From assembly GCA_951406725.2 (NCBI GenBank), contig OX597839.1:2852001-2916000 (forward strand): a stretch of 64,000 bases of DNA. Reading direction: 5' to 3'. Of this stretch, positions 1 through 13,038 are shown piece after piece. The position numbers and the translations under genes were made by a program. Position 1 is the stretch's first letter, and each line of letters begins with the position of its first letter. The notes under the pieces are model-generated. The model was not told the DNA's origin. It saw only the letters and a list, made by a program, of their open reading frames with translations, and made no database searches. The stretch is from Octopus vulgaris. Its lineage: Eukaryota.

Positions 1-1060
1 TCTCTCTCTCTCTCATATATATATATACACACACAAACACACACACACACAAATATATATATATATATATATATTTGTTTGTTCAGATTCTGGACATAGT
101 GTGTCTCAATCTTTGTTTCTTTCTGTCTCACACACATTATTTTCTCTTTCTCACATACACACACACACACACACACTCTCTCTCTTGTGAATGTATTCAG
201 TAAAAGGCCTATTAACTGATTGGCATGAAATCAGTCATAAGAAAACAGACCCTCACCCCCCAACCATCACCACCACCTACATTACAGAAATGCTGTGTTC
301 CTGGAAATTTTTCTAGAACATGGAATTCTGTAATGTAAAACATATTCCCATGGAATTCCAAATGAATTGCCTTTCATGCAAGACAGCAGTCAATGGGGGG
401 AAATTAGGTTTCGCATTATGGAATTACTAATACATGGTATGGCAAGACTTTCAGGATGTCATGCTTCCACAATGTAGAAGGTTGGATGCCTCTACATTCA
501 AACCTTCATCTGACTCCAATTGTGCTTTCTCCTCTCTCTCTGTTTGTCTGTCTGTCTGTCTCTGTCACTTTTACTGCTACTACAATGGCTTCTGTATCCA
601 TTGTTGCCGTAAAACAATTTTAATACATTTTACCATCTTACCCCTTCCCCACCCACACATTCAGTCCCATCCTCTGTATAACCTCACCTATATTTACCAA
701 CCCATTATACCTTTAGGGTGTATCTTGACATATCTCCATCACCATCTCTCCTGCTTCTCTCATCCTATTTTTCTCACTAAGTGTCTTTCTGTTTCCAACT
801 TTATTTTCTATATTTCCAACTTGGGTATCCTTGAATCTCTTCTACAACTTGACACCTATTTCCTCCTGCTATTATTCTTTTTAATCTCTCCTTAATTGCC
901 ACCGATCCGCCTCCCTCAGTACTTCTCTCCCCCCACTTGAGGATTCTTTATCTTGCCAGTGTCAGTGATCCAACTGGTGTTGGTGCCATAAAAAAGCACC
1001 CAGTATTCTCTGTAAAGTGGTTGGTATTAGGAAGGACATCCAACCATAGAAACCAAACCA

Positions 1061-1283
1061 TCTATACTCTTTACTCTTTTACTTGTTTCAGTCATTTGAC
1101 TGTGGCCATGCTGGAGCACCACCTTTAATCGAGCAACTTGACCCCGGGACTTATTCTTTGTAAGCCCAGTACTTATTCTATCGGTCTCTTTTGCCGAACT
1201 GCTAAGTGACGGGGACATAAACACACCAGCATCGGTTGTCAAGCCATGTTGGGGGGACAAACACAGACATACAAACATACACG

Positions 1284-1320
<37 letters not shown>

Positions 1321-2234
1321 CATCATCATCGTTTAGCGTCCGTTTTCCATGCTAGCATGGGTTGGACGGTTCTACTGGGGTCTGTGAAGCCAGAAGGCTT
1401 CATCAGGCCCAGTCAAATCTGGCAGTGTTTCTACGGCTGGATGCCCTTCCTAACGCCAACCACTCTGTGAGTGTAGTGGGTGCTTTTTACATGCCACCCG
1501 CACAGGTGCCAGACAGAGCTGGCAAACGGCCACGAACGGATGGTGCTTTTTATGTGCCACCGGCACAAGGGCCAGGCGAGGCTGGCAACGGACACGAAAC
1601 GGGCGGTGCTGGCAACGGTCACGAAACGGAAGGTTCTCTTACATGCCACCGGCACTGGTAACACATCTGCAATTTCCATTTATCGATTTCCATTTGGAAA
1701 TTGCAGATGTGTTACCAGTGCCGGTGGCATGTAAGAGAACCTTCCGTTTCGTGACCGTTGCCAGCACCGCCCCGTTTCGTGTCCGTTGCCAGCCTCGCCT
1801 GGCCCTTGTGCCGGTGGCACATAAAAAGCACCATCCGTTCGTGGCCGTTTGCCAGCTCTGTCTGGCACCTGTGCGGGTGGCACGTAAAAGCACCCACTAC
1901 ACTCACGGAGTGGTTGGCGTTAGGAAGGGCATCCAGCCGTAGAAACACTGCCAGATTTGACTGGGCCTGATGAAGCCTTCTGGCTTCACAGACCCCAGTA
2001 GAACCGTCCAACCCATGCTAGCATGGAAAACGGACGCTAAACGATGATGATGATATATATATACATTATACGACAGGCTTCTTTCAGTTTCCGTCTACCA
2101 AATCCACTTACAAGGCTTTGGTCGGCCCTGGGCTATAGCAGAAGACACTTGCCCAAGCTGCCACGTAGTGGGACTGAACCCGGAACCATGTGGTTGGTTA
2201 GCAAGCTACTTACCACACAGCCACTCCTGCGCCT
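1061..2234 (-). mobile_element. tRNA-derived SINE (family A), interrupted in its internal (CA)/(TA) tract by a fold-back insertion
   Basis: Reverse complement of the ggcgcaggagtggctgtgtggtaag...gggttcagtccc head (A/B box-like) ends at 2234. Tail matches the copies at 5654, 16098, 37364, 39781 and 62208. Confidence 0.85.
1311..2061. repeat. Near-perfect inverted repeat: two head-to-head copies of a (GAT)n-tailed SINE (family B)
   Basis: Left arm ~1311-1678 is the reverse complement of ~1695-2061 with only a few differences, around a 16-nt spacer. Mirrored ORFs appear in the ORF track. Confidence 0.95.
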
Positions 2235-3166
2235 ATCTATGTGAACAGATTTTTAATTTCTTTGTTTTTAATATAATAAACTCTTTAAAAAGCCTTCTGT
2301 AGCAAGCACTTTATTCAGTATATTGTGGGTTTAAAAAAAAAAAGGTCGTAGATTATGGTTTGAATGAAATAAGCGTAACTCAACTTCACTCACCTTATGA
2401 TTGTTTCAACATTTGGATAATGTGATGTCCCCTATCTTATTTTATTGATAACAAAGAAAAAACTTTCTGCGAAAGCATCTATTATAAACAATACACACCC
2501 AAAAATTATGTATGCTTGTATTTGTTTTCTTTACCATTCATCCAAGTTTCACTGCAAACAAAATATGCCTCTTTCCATTAAAAAAAGAACTCCTAAAAGC
2601 AAAACAAAAAAGAAAAGTCCTTCTTCCAAACCTTTCTAAAAGTTGACTTGACTCTAGTCCTGTTGGAAAAATAGAAAAACATTAATTTTCTTGTTCAAGT
2701 TTAAAATTTATTCTAGTCTAGAAAAAAAATTAAGTACCTTCTGTAAGCTGCTTTCTTATCTAATTTAAATTTGTTGTTCTTTGGGGTTTTTTTTGTCTTG
2801 TTTTGTTTATTTCTGTTTGCCATTCATTATCTACCCAGCACCCTTATATAAACCTATTAATCATGATTTTTTTTCCACTCTACCCTTTAATGACTCTTCC
2901 CTTTTCTCTCTTTCTCTCTCCATCAAACATTTTAACAACCTCTGTTGCATAAATACCCCACCACCACCACCACCATTTAACATAATTTCTAATTCTTGAA
3001 TTTTCTCTTGAGAAATAATACACACACACTCTTTCTTTCTCTCTCTCTCTCTCACACACACACACACTCTTTCTCACACACACACTCCCTCACATATGCT
3101 CACACACTCACTCTCACACACTTTCTCTCATATATACACACACACACATACATGCACACACACTTT

Positions 3167-3201
<35 letters not shown>

Positions 3202-3970
3202 TGGTAATAAAAGATTTATGGAGCAGACAGGGTTTTGCTTTAACTTGTCATTTGGAAGTGTAAAAGTCTAGTCTTCATTTAGTCTCCGTCAGAAATTACA
3301 TGTGATTCGTTTGAGTTGATTAATTAATTGATTTCTCCCTGTGTATTTATTGATTTACCATATCTGATGGTATATAACACACTTTTGTTACCAAAAAAAC
3401 AGTCTCTAAATACCACCTTGGGTCCTATGTGAGAAGTTGGATCTATATTACATGCTTTAAGACACTGAAAACCATTTTTTTAATTCCTGGACATGTGCAG
3501 CTGAAATTGGATGCGTCTAAAATGCCCTTGCATCTTTTAGACCATGAAATGCGATATCTGTTGATCTATTGATCAGTTTAATCATCGACCTGTTGATCTA
3601 TTGATGGGTCTAATCATTGATCTGTTGATTTGTTTGTTGACCTTTCAGATTATGATCAGAATACATATACACTATCTCTCTCTCTCTCTCTCTCTCTCTG
3701 TTTGTCAGTCTGTCTCTGTCTCTCTCCTTCTCTCACAGATATATTCTCTTGTTTGATTTATCCATCATGTTTTAAGCCATATTGGAGTATCATCTATACA
3801 TGCACGCACACATCTGTCTGTATGTCTATCAGCCTATCTGCTTGTCTATCTATCTACCTATCTGTCTGTCTATCTATCTATCTGTCTGTCTATCTCTTTC
3901 CATCCTGTCCATCCATTGTTTCTGTATTTTGTTGTTCACCTGTCGTTTACCAATTTGCACTCTGTTTCAG

Positions 3971-4100
3971 GTATTCCTCGTATCAACGGTCACACCAAAC
4001 ATGACCGCCACAGAGATCCTCGACAGATCTATGAATCTACGTCCATGCTCAGTAGTGATCTGGAATCTACTAGTTTCTTTGATTCAGAAGATGACAGCAG
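3971..4100 (+). CDS. DVL: Dishevelled internal exon (post-DIX linker; first coding exon visible in the window)
   Basis: Acceptor tttcag at 3965-3970, donor gtaccc at 4101. Translates GIPRINGHTKHDRHRDPRQIYESTSMLSSDLESTSFFDSEDDSR, containing the Dvl-conserved MSSDLESTSFFDS motif. Phase 1 to 2. Confidence 0.92.
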
Positions 4101-4355
4101 GTACCCTTACCTCTCTTTTTCAATTTTTTTGTTTTTGTTTTAAACCAGCCGAACCCATACCAGTGAGGGTCATGGATGCTAAATGATGATGATATTGACG
4201 ATGATGTGGTTTTGTCACTGGTTAGTGCTGATTAAGTGGACATATGATGAAGTGTTCTCCCCTTGGACATAGTGTTCCCTGGAACATGTTTGGTGTGTTA
4301 TATCTGTTTTGTTTTGGTAACATGGTAACACCTGATCAGGGGCTAATTTGGCATC

Positions 4356-5030
4356 TATATCTAGCGGGTTGAGCAGCCATATATTTGCCCCTACCCAACT
4401 CAAGGTCTCGAAAGAGAAATTTTACTAGGCTGAAGAAAACTGTTTTTGGGCCCTGGGTGGGATGTTTTAGAGAAATGCTTGTCAGATATTTACATGGTCT
4501 TCCTTGTCTTTACAGGTTCCTCTTTGATTCTCCAGGTCCTTTTGCTGGCTCTTCAGGCCTTTCATGAGTCTCTAGGTTTTAGAGAAAAGCTCTTCGGCCC
4601 TGTGTGTGAGGTTTTAGACAGAGGTCTGTTAGATATTCACTGGCTCTTCTTTGATTCTTCAGGCTCCTTTTCTGCTTCTATATCTAGCAGGGTGAGCAAC
4701 CATATTAGGGCCTCTGAGAAAAATTTTACTAGGCAGAAGAAAACTGTTTTTGGGCCCCAAATGGGAGATTTTAGAGAAATGCTTGTCAGATATTCACAAG
4801 GTCTTCCTTACCTTTACATGCCCCTTTCTGGTTCTCTAGGTCCTTTTGTTGGTTGTTTAGGCTGCTCATGAGTCTCTGAGTGTTAGATTTTAGAGAAAAG
4901 CCTGTTAGATATTTACAAGGCAAAACAAAACTGCATTTTGGCCCTGAGTGTGAGGTTTTTGAGAGAGGCCTGTCAAGTATTCACAAAGTCTTTCTTGGTT
5001 CTTCAGGCTCCTCTTTAATTTTTCAGGCAC
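4356..5030. repeat. Degenerate tandem duplication, ~320-bp units with internal subrepeats
   Basis: tatatctagc...aattttactaggc.gaagaaaactgtttttgggccc...ttttagagaaatgcttgtcagatatt occurs from ~4356 and again from ~4679. Confidence 0.75.
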
Positions 5031-5653
5031 TAATGAATTTATGAGCTTCTCTTTGGCAGTCTGGACTCTGGACTGACATAGTATTTGAGCTTCTCCTTTT
5101 ATAGGGCCTCAAGCCCTCCTCATTAAGGTACAAGGGGATGAAGGTTTAAATATTTCATGACCACTTATCTAGTGAAATAACACTTCTTTATTTTTTTGAT
5201 TTTGAAAATAAGACTTTGGAGGGATGTAATAAAATAAGCAACCTTATTCACTGTTAAGCTGCATGGCTTGGTGGTTAGGGTGTTGGCCATTCAATTATAA
5301 AGTTGTGTGTTCAATTCTTGGATGGGCTGCTGCTCATTCACTTTGCATTGTGTCCTTGAGTAAAATGTTTCATTCATTTCATGTTGCTCCCATTCACTCA
5401 ACTGAAATGAGTATCAATGGATTACTGGTGCAGCTCTCTTTGTCTTCAGCTGCATTTAAATTGTTGTAATGATTGCATTGTTCAATTAAATGGAGCTGCT
5501 TGAAACGGTTGTACTGCATCACCTCTTGATATCCTGTTGCTTATTTTGATTTTATTCACCTTACTTTGAATTGTACAGATAATACCGCACTGATTTGGTG
5601 CTTCAACTTAAGTACCTAATTTGTCTGAATTTCAATTATTTCTTATACATACA

Positions 5654-6046
5654 CAGGAGTGGCTGTGTGGTAAGTAGCTTGCTAACCAACCACATGGTTG
5701 CAGGTTCAGTCCCACTGCGTGGCATCTTGGGCAAGTGTCTTCTGCTATAGCCCCGGGCCGACCAATGCCTTGTGAGTGGATTTGATAGACGGAAACTGAA
5801 AGAAGCCTGTCATATATATATATATGTGTGCGTGCGTGTATGTTTGTGTGTCTGTGTTTGTCCCCCTAGCATTGCTTGACAACCGATGCTGGTGTGTTTA
5901 CGTCCCTGTCACTTAGCGGTCCGGCAAAAGAGACCGATAGAATAAGTACTGGGCTTACAAAGAATAAGTCCCGGTGTCGATTTGCTCGACTAAAGGCGGT
6001 GCTCCAGCATGGCCGCAGTCAAATGACTGAAAACAAGTAAAAGAGT
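5654..6046 (+). mobile_element. tRNA-derived SINE family A
   Basis: caggagtggctgtgtggtaag head, internal (TA)/(TG) tract, ...gaaaacaagtaaaagag tail. Multiple near-identical copies in the window. Confidence 0.85.
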
Positions 6047-6054
6047 ATACACAC

Positions 6055-6385
6055 ACATGGCTCAGTGGTTAGAGTGTAGGGCTCACAATCATGAGGTAGC
6101 GAGTTTGATTCCTGGACAGGGTTGTATGTTTTGTTTTTGAGCAAGACACTTTATTTCATGTTGCTCCAGTTCACTCAACTGTAGAAATGAGTTGTGATGT
6201 CACTGGTGCCAAGTTGTATCGGCCCCTTTGCCTTTCCCTAGGATAACATCAGTGGTGTAGTGTGGAGGGAAGCTGGTATTCATGGGTGACTGCTGGTCCT
6301 CCATAAGCAACCTTGCCCAGACTTGTGCTTCAGAGGTTAACTTTCTAGGTGCAATCCCATGGTCATTCATGACCAAAAGGAGTCT
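6055..6385 (+). mobile_element. tRNA-derived SINE family E (related copies ~19050-19352 -, 32380-32610 +, 39443-39720 +, 41450-41728 -)
   Basis: atggctcagtggttagag...gagtttgattcc head followed by gagcaagacactttatttc...ccagttcactca.ctgtagaaatgag central domain. Confidence 0.75.
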
Positions 6386-6613
6386 TTAACCCTTTTGTTA
6401 CTAACCCGGCCAAAACCGGCTCTGGCTCTGTGTTAAAATGTCTTGTTTTCATGAGTTTTGAATTAGAATCTTCCACCAAGCCTTAGTCACAATTTACGTT
6501 GCTAACACTAGCTTAATGATAACTAAGTTATTTTACTAAATTCTTTGTTATATTTAAAATAACTGAAAGAAATACAGAGCATCTCAACAGAAATACAGTA
6601 ATGAAAGGGTTAA
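6386..6613. mobile_element. piggyBac-type MITE
   Basis: TTAA|CCCTTT...AAAGGG|TTAA ends (TTAA target duplication plus CCC termini). An inverted copy lies at 21183-21410. Confidence 0.8.
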
Positions 6614-6690
6614 TCCTCCCCTTTATATATATGTATACATACATGCATTCACATGTATATAACACACACTGCATTGTCTATTTTACACAG

Positions 6691-6784
6691 GTTTTCTACG
6701 GTCACTGACACAACTGCTAGGTCTTCAAAGTATGGCCGTCACAAAAGAAGACGGAAAAGACACAGACTCCCACCTCTCAGCAAG
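6691..6784 (+). CDS. DVL: Dishevelled exon, basic region
   Basis: acacag acceptor, gtaaga donor at 6785. Translates (R)FSTVTDTTARSSKYGRHKRRRKRHRLPPLSK, the Dvl basic patch. Phase 2 to 0 matches both neighbours. Not in the ORF track. Confidence 0.92.
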
Positions 6785-7258
6785 GTAAGACCATTGACTA
6801 TGTTGTAAGAACAAGGTAAGACCACTGACTAGTGTAACAGCAATGTGAGCCCACTGACTGTTGTAACAAAAATGGGAGACAGTAGACTGCACTAACTGTA
6901 AACAACAGGAGACTATAGACAGCTCTTACAGCAAAATGAGACCATTAACTATTCTAACAGTAAGGTTAGACCACTAATTGTTGTAACAAAGACAATAGAC
7001 TGTTCTAATAGCAAAGTGCCACCACTGACTATTGTGATAGCAAAATTAGACCACTAGCTGTAGTAACAAGAAAGTGAGACAAAAGACTGCTCTAAAAGCA
7101 AAGTGAGACCACTGACTAATGTAGCAGCAAAGTTAGACCACTGACTAATGTAACAACAGAAAGAATAAACTGGTCTAATAGCAAAGTGGTACCACTGACT
7201 ATTGTAGTAGCAAAGTTAGACCATTAACTGTTGTAACAACAAAGACAATAGACTGGTA
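6781..7258 (+). repeat. Degenerate ~29-bp minisatellite starting at the exon 5' splice site
   Basis: About 17 units resembling caaagttagaccactgactattgtaacag. The first two contain CAAG|GTAAGA. Confidence 0.85.
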
Positions 7259-7951
7259 CAACACAGACAATCTGAGATCAAATCCCTTGCTAAACAGCTG
7301 TGATTCAGGAATATCTTCATGTTATTTAACTCTATTGTGATTATGTTTGTAATGAAATACATACAATATATCTATGGCTCTAAGTATATTGTGAAAATAA
7401 CGAAGATTTGAATTTCATTAAGTTAATGTTTGAGTTGTAATTTCATAAAAAATTTTTTCGCTGTTGTATGCAATTATGGTTTTTAATTAATTGCAAATAC
7501 CTTTTAAAATTGGAAGATTTGTATCATAGAAATAAAGACCTTCTGGGGCAGGTAGGGGGTAGGGGGTAATGAGGACTTCAACAATATATTAAAATGATTG
7601 ACATTTAATTAATATTTCCTTAAATTTGGGTTACTTTGATGGCACAAACGATACATTAGTACATTAGATGCATACCAATTTCAACAGCATATATTGAAAA
7701 TAAAAAAGTTTCCAATGAATTTAAAGCTTGTTGTATAAACCCACCTTCAAATATAGGACTCAGGGTGGTTTATCTTGAGAAATGTTTTGGAAAAAAAATC
7801 TATTCTAATATGGCATCAAATAGGGTGTAATATCTTTTTTCTTTATATTGTGTTTGTGTGTATGTTTGTCATTTTATTTTAATTACTGTTTTGTATTTTT
7901 GGGTTTTTCTAATTTGTTTAACCATTACTGTGTGTTTGTATTTCTTTACAG

Positions 7952-8021
7952 ACGTCTTCGTTTAGCAGTATCACAGACTCTACTATGTCACTCAACATTA
8001 TTACAGTCACGTTGAACATGG
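7952..8021 (+). CDS. DVL: Dishevelled exon, Ser/Thr-rich region and PDZ start
   Basis: ttacag acceptor, gtgagt donor at 8022. Translates [23 protein letters not shown], essentially the invariant Dvl motif. Phase 0 to 1. Confidence 0.96.
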
Positions 8022-8080
8022 GTGAGTACATACAAGATCTACACATGGAACTGGCTTCATTCTAGAATTCTTTCTCATTC

Positions 8081-8117
<37 letters not shown>

Positions 8118-8857
8118 GTATTAATCCATTCTACTAAAGGCACAAGGCCTGACATTTTGGGGGAAGGGACTAGTTGATTACATCAACCCCAGTGTTTCAC
8201 TGGTACTTAATTTATTGATCCTAAAAGGATGAAATGTAAAGTTGACCTGGGTGAGGGCTTAGTATTTAGGGTACACTTGGTTTGTAACCAGGTTGTGTTC
8301 AATTACCAGTGACACTTTGTGTCCTTGAAAGGGCACATGCATCTGTGTGAAGTGATCAGCCACTTGCTCATTAATTTCATGACCAGGCAGTTCTGTTGAT
8401 TGAATCAACTGGAACCCTCGTTGTTGTAACGTACAGAGTACCAGTATTGCTGTCATTTTAGTGCTTTTACAGAATTGAAAAGATGTGAAAGTCCAAAAGT
8501 TGTTTATCATAACTCAAGAGAAGCCATTTTCAATAGCTTGTTTTTTGTCTATTTTTGTATTTTTTAAAACTTTCTCTAATATAAGATAAATCTTTTCTTC
8601 CTTCGTTTTTTGTTATTAATTTGAAATTTAAATTTTGTGTCTACTTAGAGTTGAAAAAAAACATTGTCAAAGAAAGAAATGTTTTTGAGCATCTGCATCT
8701 GTACACACAGTCATGCACACATATAGTCTCTCTCTCTCTCATACATACACATGTATATATATGAATGTATAGATGTGTTAGATATATAAATATATATCAA
8801 TACATGAGTATATATTAAGTCAATATAAACATACATGTAAATATACAGATATATGAA

Positions 8858-8892
<35 letters not shown>

Positions 8893-8931
8893 GTATGTAT
8901 GTTTGTTTGTGTTTACATATATATTTGTGTT

Positions 8932-8979
<48 letters not shown>

Positions 8980-9454
8980 GTATATATATAAATGGTATTT
9001 CAAATTTTCAAATATGTAACACTCCTTCCTCTAACTAGAAATTTCATAATTGGCTAATTAGTAAATAAACTTCATCATCATCATCATCATCATATTTCTT
9101 TCTTTACGATCGTTATTTCTTTTGTGAAATTCTTTAGTGTAAAAAGCAAGGAATGGTGATTTAGCTCCATTAACATCTCTCTGAATAGAGTTGTTGATTT
9201 CCCCCCCTCTTCCCCTTGATGTCTGGCAGTAGGTGTGGTGGATGATTTGTACCATAGTAGAGACAGAGACATAATACAATAGCAGTGCTTTCCAACCTGT
9301 GTACTATGAAAATAAATGTTGTCTTTGATATTTTACATTTTCAGATTAAATTTAACCCTTTTGTTATTATTATACTTCTGTTGAAATACTCTGCTTTCGT
9401 TTCATAACGAAGAATTTTGTAAAATAATTTTGTCATTATCAAACTGGTGTTTAT

Positions 9455-9872
9455 ATCTATTTCTTTACTACCCACAAAGGGCTAAACATAGAGGGGATAA
9501 ACAAGGACAGACAAAGGTATTAAGTCGATTACATCGACCCCAGTGCATAACTGGTACTTAATTTATCGACTCCGAAAGGATGAAAGGCAAAGTCGACCTC
9601 GGCGGAATTTGAACTCAGAACGTAGCAGCAGAGGAAATACCTATTTCTTTACTACCCACAAGGAACTAAACACAGGGAACAAACAAGGACAGACAAAGGT
9701 ATTAAGTCGATTACATTGACCCCAGTGCATAACTGGTACTTAATTTATCGACCCCGAAAGGATGAAAGGCAAAGTCGACCACGGCGGAATTTGAACTCAG
9801 AATGTAACGGCAGATGAAATACGGCTACGCATTTCACCCGGCGTGCTAACGATTCTGCCAGCTCGCCGCCTT
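9455..9872 (-). mobile_element. tRNA-derived SINE family C with tandemly duplicated 3' part
   Basis: Reverse complement of ggcggcgagctggcagaatcgttagc...gagttcaaattcc...gtcgactttgcctttcatcctttcggggtcgataaattaagtaccag. The ~184-bp 3' unit is present twice. Confidence 0.85.
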
Positions 9873-10520
9873 GCTGATGTTTATATAGCTGGTATTTGGA
9901 ACATAAATTAACACAGAATTTAATAGAAGGTTCTAGTTTAGATTACTTTAATCTTTTTGTTTGACATATTTCTGTTGAAACATACTGCCTTTGTCGTAAT
10001 TAATTTTGAAAAGAATAAACAATTTACTGTTGTGTATTGAACTCCGAATTAATACATAACAAATGCTGTAAAAACTGCCTGTCACATGGCATGCACGAAT
10101 TTTATGTGAACTTGTCTGGGTTTTTTTCTTCTACATATTGCAATTAAAATAAACTGGGACATACAATTGGGAAAGGGGTAAGCTGATTACACTGAACTCG
10201 GAGCTCTACTGGTACTAACTTTATTGACCCTGAAAGGATGGAAGGCAGGTTCGACTTGGGCAGCATTTAAACTCAGAATGTAAAGACAGGTGAAATGTCG
10301 CTAAGCATTTTGCTCAACCCGCTAACAATTCTGCCAATTTGCTGTCTTATTCATCAGTTTAATGATGACAGTTATATTATTAAATTCTTCATTATTTTAA
10401 AAATTAATTGTTACAAAGCTAATGCATTATGAAACTATGAAGCCCATCTTCAATATAATATTTTGTTTTACTGTAGATTGTTGTTATTGTCTCATTAATT
10501 CTTTTTCTTTATTTCTACAG

Positions 10521-10608
10521 ACACAGTGAATTTTCTAGGAATCAGTATTGTTGGTCAGAGTAACAAAGGTGGTGATGGTGGCATCTATGTTGGCTCTATA
10601 ATGAAAGG
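10521..10608 (+). CDS. DVL: Dishevelled PDZ exon 1
   Basis: ctacag acceptor, gtttgt donor at 10609. Translates (D)[29 protein letters not shown]. Phase 1 to 2. Confidence 0.96.
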
Positions 10609-10721
10609 GTTTGTTGCAATATTGTTTTCTTATTTGTTTGACTTTTTACTTTATTGTTATTTAAAAAAAATTATAAATGAAATAGCCATCTATGTATCAT
10701 ACTTAATGTGTATAATTAAGA

Positions 10722-10911
10722 CCATGCATAGCCCTTCAGAAGGCCATGTGTAGCCCTTCAGAAGGCCATGCATAGCCCTTCAGAAGGCCATGTGTAGCCC
10801 TTCAGATGGTCATGCTTAGCCCTTCAAAATTCCATGCTTAGCCCTTCAGGTCATGCTTAGCTCTACAGAAAACCATAACCCTTTAGATGGTCATGATTGG
10901 CCTTTCAGAAG
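10722..10911. repeat. 22-bp minisatellite (ccatgcatagcccttcagaagg), about 9 decaying copies
   Basis: Directly visible tandem units, best conserved at the 5' end. Confidence 0.9.
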
Positions 10912-12135
10912 ATTTCTCTTAAACCTTCTGAGCTACATGCTTAGTCTTTCATCAGGCCATAGATTCCTGGGACAAGAGTGAAGATAAGAGCTAACCCTGG
11001 AGCGTTTGTTCCAGGTGATGAAAGGAGTGGGGACACTGCCAAGACCTGCCATTTTGTTGGGCTGGAGAAATTAGAATTTGCATACACAGTGCCTGTGTAC
11101 AATAGATGTGAGATTGGGGATGTGTGGAAGGAGACTTCAAGACTGAATGTCAACCATTTCCAGTATTCTGCAAAAAGATGTGTGGGTAATAGCAGGAACA
11201 TCTAGCTGCAGGAAATCTCCTTTGGTAGACTCTGTCTAATCTATGTAAGCATGGACATGGTTGCCAAGCAGTGGCGGGGAACAAACACAAAGACACACAT
11301 ACACAAACACATGATGGGCTTCTGTACAGTTTTCCATAAGTAAAATTCTCTCACAAGGCATTGATTACTGTAGCACATAAGGTACTGTGCAGTGGGACTG
11401 AACCTGAAAAGTCATGGTTGCAAAGCAAACTTAACTTCATGGAAGCATAGTCTTGCCTCTGCCTATACCATGCTGCCACACATGCATGTATATGTGTGGG
11501 TATGTGTGTGTACATGCATGTATGTGTATATATATTTATATTATATACATACATGAACACAGACACATTTCACTTTTCTTCTATTATTTTACTTGTTTCA
11601 GTCATTAGACTGCAGTCAGGAAGAAATTTTAGTCAAATGCATCGACCCCAGTACTTTTATTTTTTTAAAGCCTGCTCAGTTACAGGGATGTCAACAAACC
11701 AATTCCAGCTATCAAGTGGTAGAGGAAGACAAGGATACACACACACGTCTACACGATAGGCTTCTTTCAGTTTCTGTCGACCACATCCACTCACAAGGCT
11801 TTGGTTGACCTGACCCATGCTAGCATGGAAAACGGACGCTAAATGAAAAAAATGAAATGAAGCCATAGTAGAAGACGCTTGACAAAGATGCCATGCAGTG
11901 GGACTGAACCCAGAGCCATGTGGTTGGGAAGCAAGCTTCTTACCACACAGGCACACCTGCACCTATATATTCAATTCCTTCAGCAATGGAAGAAAATCTT
12001 CAGCTTGTAATAAAAAGCAAACACATATACACACACGCATGTATACCCATATATACACATTCTTACACACACACACATATATGGGTCTGCATGTATAAAC
12101 CTGTTGTAATGTATGTTTTCATACTTGTTTTGTAG

Positions 12136-12264
12136 TGGTGCCGTGGCTCAGGACGGCCGTATTGAACCAGGAGACATGATTTTGGAAGTGAATGGTATTA
12201 GCTTTGAAAACATGAGTAATGATGATGCTGTCCGAACTCTTCGCGAAGCGGTCCAAAAGCCTGG
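12136..12264 (+). CDS. DVL: Dishevelled PDZ exon 2
   Basis: ttgtag acceptor, gtaagc donor at 12265. Translates [43 protein letters not shown]. Phase 2 to 2. Confidence 0.96.
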
Positions 12265-12584
12265 GTAAGCACCTTTTTCATTCTCCTTGTTTTTGTTCTG
12301 CCTCCTCCTCCTCCACTCGTCTTCTTCCCCTTCTGCCTCTTCCTCATCCTCCATTCTGCCCCTCTCCTCTTCTCACTCCCCTTTTCTTCCTTGCCTTCCC
12401 CTCTTCCCCATTCTCTTCATCCCCTCTTCTGCCCCTGTCCACAATAAATCATATCTTTTCTCCTTGCTGCAAGACATCAAGGGTGTTTGCTTTGTCACTA
12501 CAATGATGACTGATTGACAGCTTTAGCTTTAAGGACAAAGTATGAAAATTTGGAGGTTTCTCTCATCTGTTTTTGATGATGTAT

Positions 12585-12900
12585 CATCATCATCATTTAA
12601 CGTCCGTTTTCCATGCTAGCACGGGTTGGACGGTTTGACCGGGGTCTGGGAAGCCAGGAGGCTGCACCAGGCTCAAGTCTGATCTGGCAGTGTTTCTACA
12701 GCTGGATGCCATTTCTTAACGCCAACCACTCCATGAGTGTAGTGGGTGCTTTTTACGTGCCACCAGCACAGAAGTCAGTCAAGGTGGCACTGACATTGGC
12801 CACGTTCGGATGGTACTTTTTACGTGCCACTGGCACAAGTATCCCATTTACAATTTCCATTTGATATTTATGTCGATGTTGATGTACTTGACTCAATAGG
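12585..12900 (-). mobile_element. (GAT)n-tailed SINE family B (other copies 15466-15722 +, 18323-18702 +, 30014-30210 -, 52946-53175 +)
   Basis: Shared gttggcgttaggaagggcatccagctgtagaaac and ccaacccatgctagcatggaaaacggacg..aaacgatgatg motifs. Confidence 0.8.
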
Positions 12901-13038
12901 TCTCGTGTTTGTATGTATATGTATGTATGTATATAGATATGTGTACAATGTGTGTATTTATATATATATAATATATTACCTATATATATATTGAAAGAGA
13001 AATATGTGTGTTTATGTTTTCTTCCTCTCTGACTGCAG

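Noticed and set aside
1246-2244. Recurrent short ORFs such as MDGSTGVCEARRLHQAQS and IRQASFSFRLPNPLTR
   Set aside because: They are incidental frames in SINE copies, repeated wherever the SINE occurs.
1-3970. DIX-domain exons or a Dvl promoter
   Set aside because: No DIX-like translation found. The ORF at 434-895 is low-complexity. The 5' part of the gene must lie upstream of the window.
5654-5725. tRNA genes (A/B box-like sequences here and at 16797, 23370 and elsewhere)
   Set aside because: They are SINE heads that run directly into SINE bodies, with no convincing full cloverleaf.
6781-7258. CRISPR-like periodicity
   Set aside because: Units are contiguous degenerate copies with no constant repeat and unique spacer alternation. 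The context is a eukaryotic intron with no cas genes.
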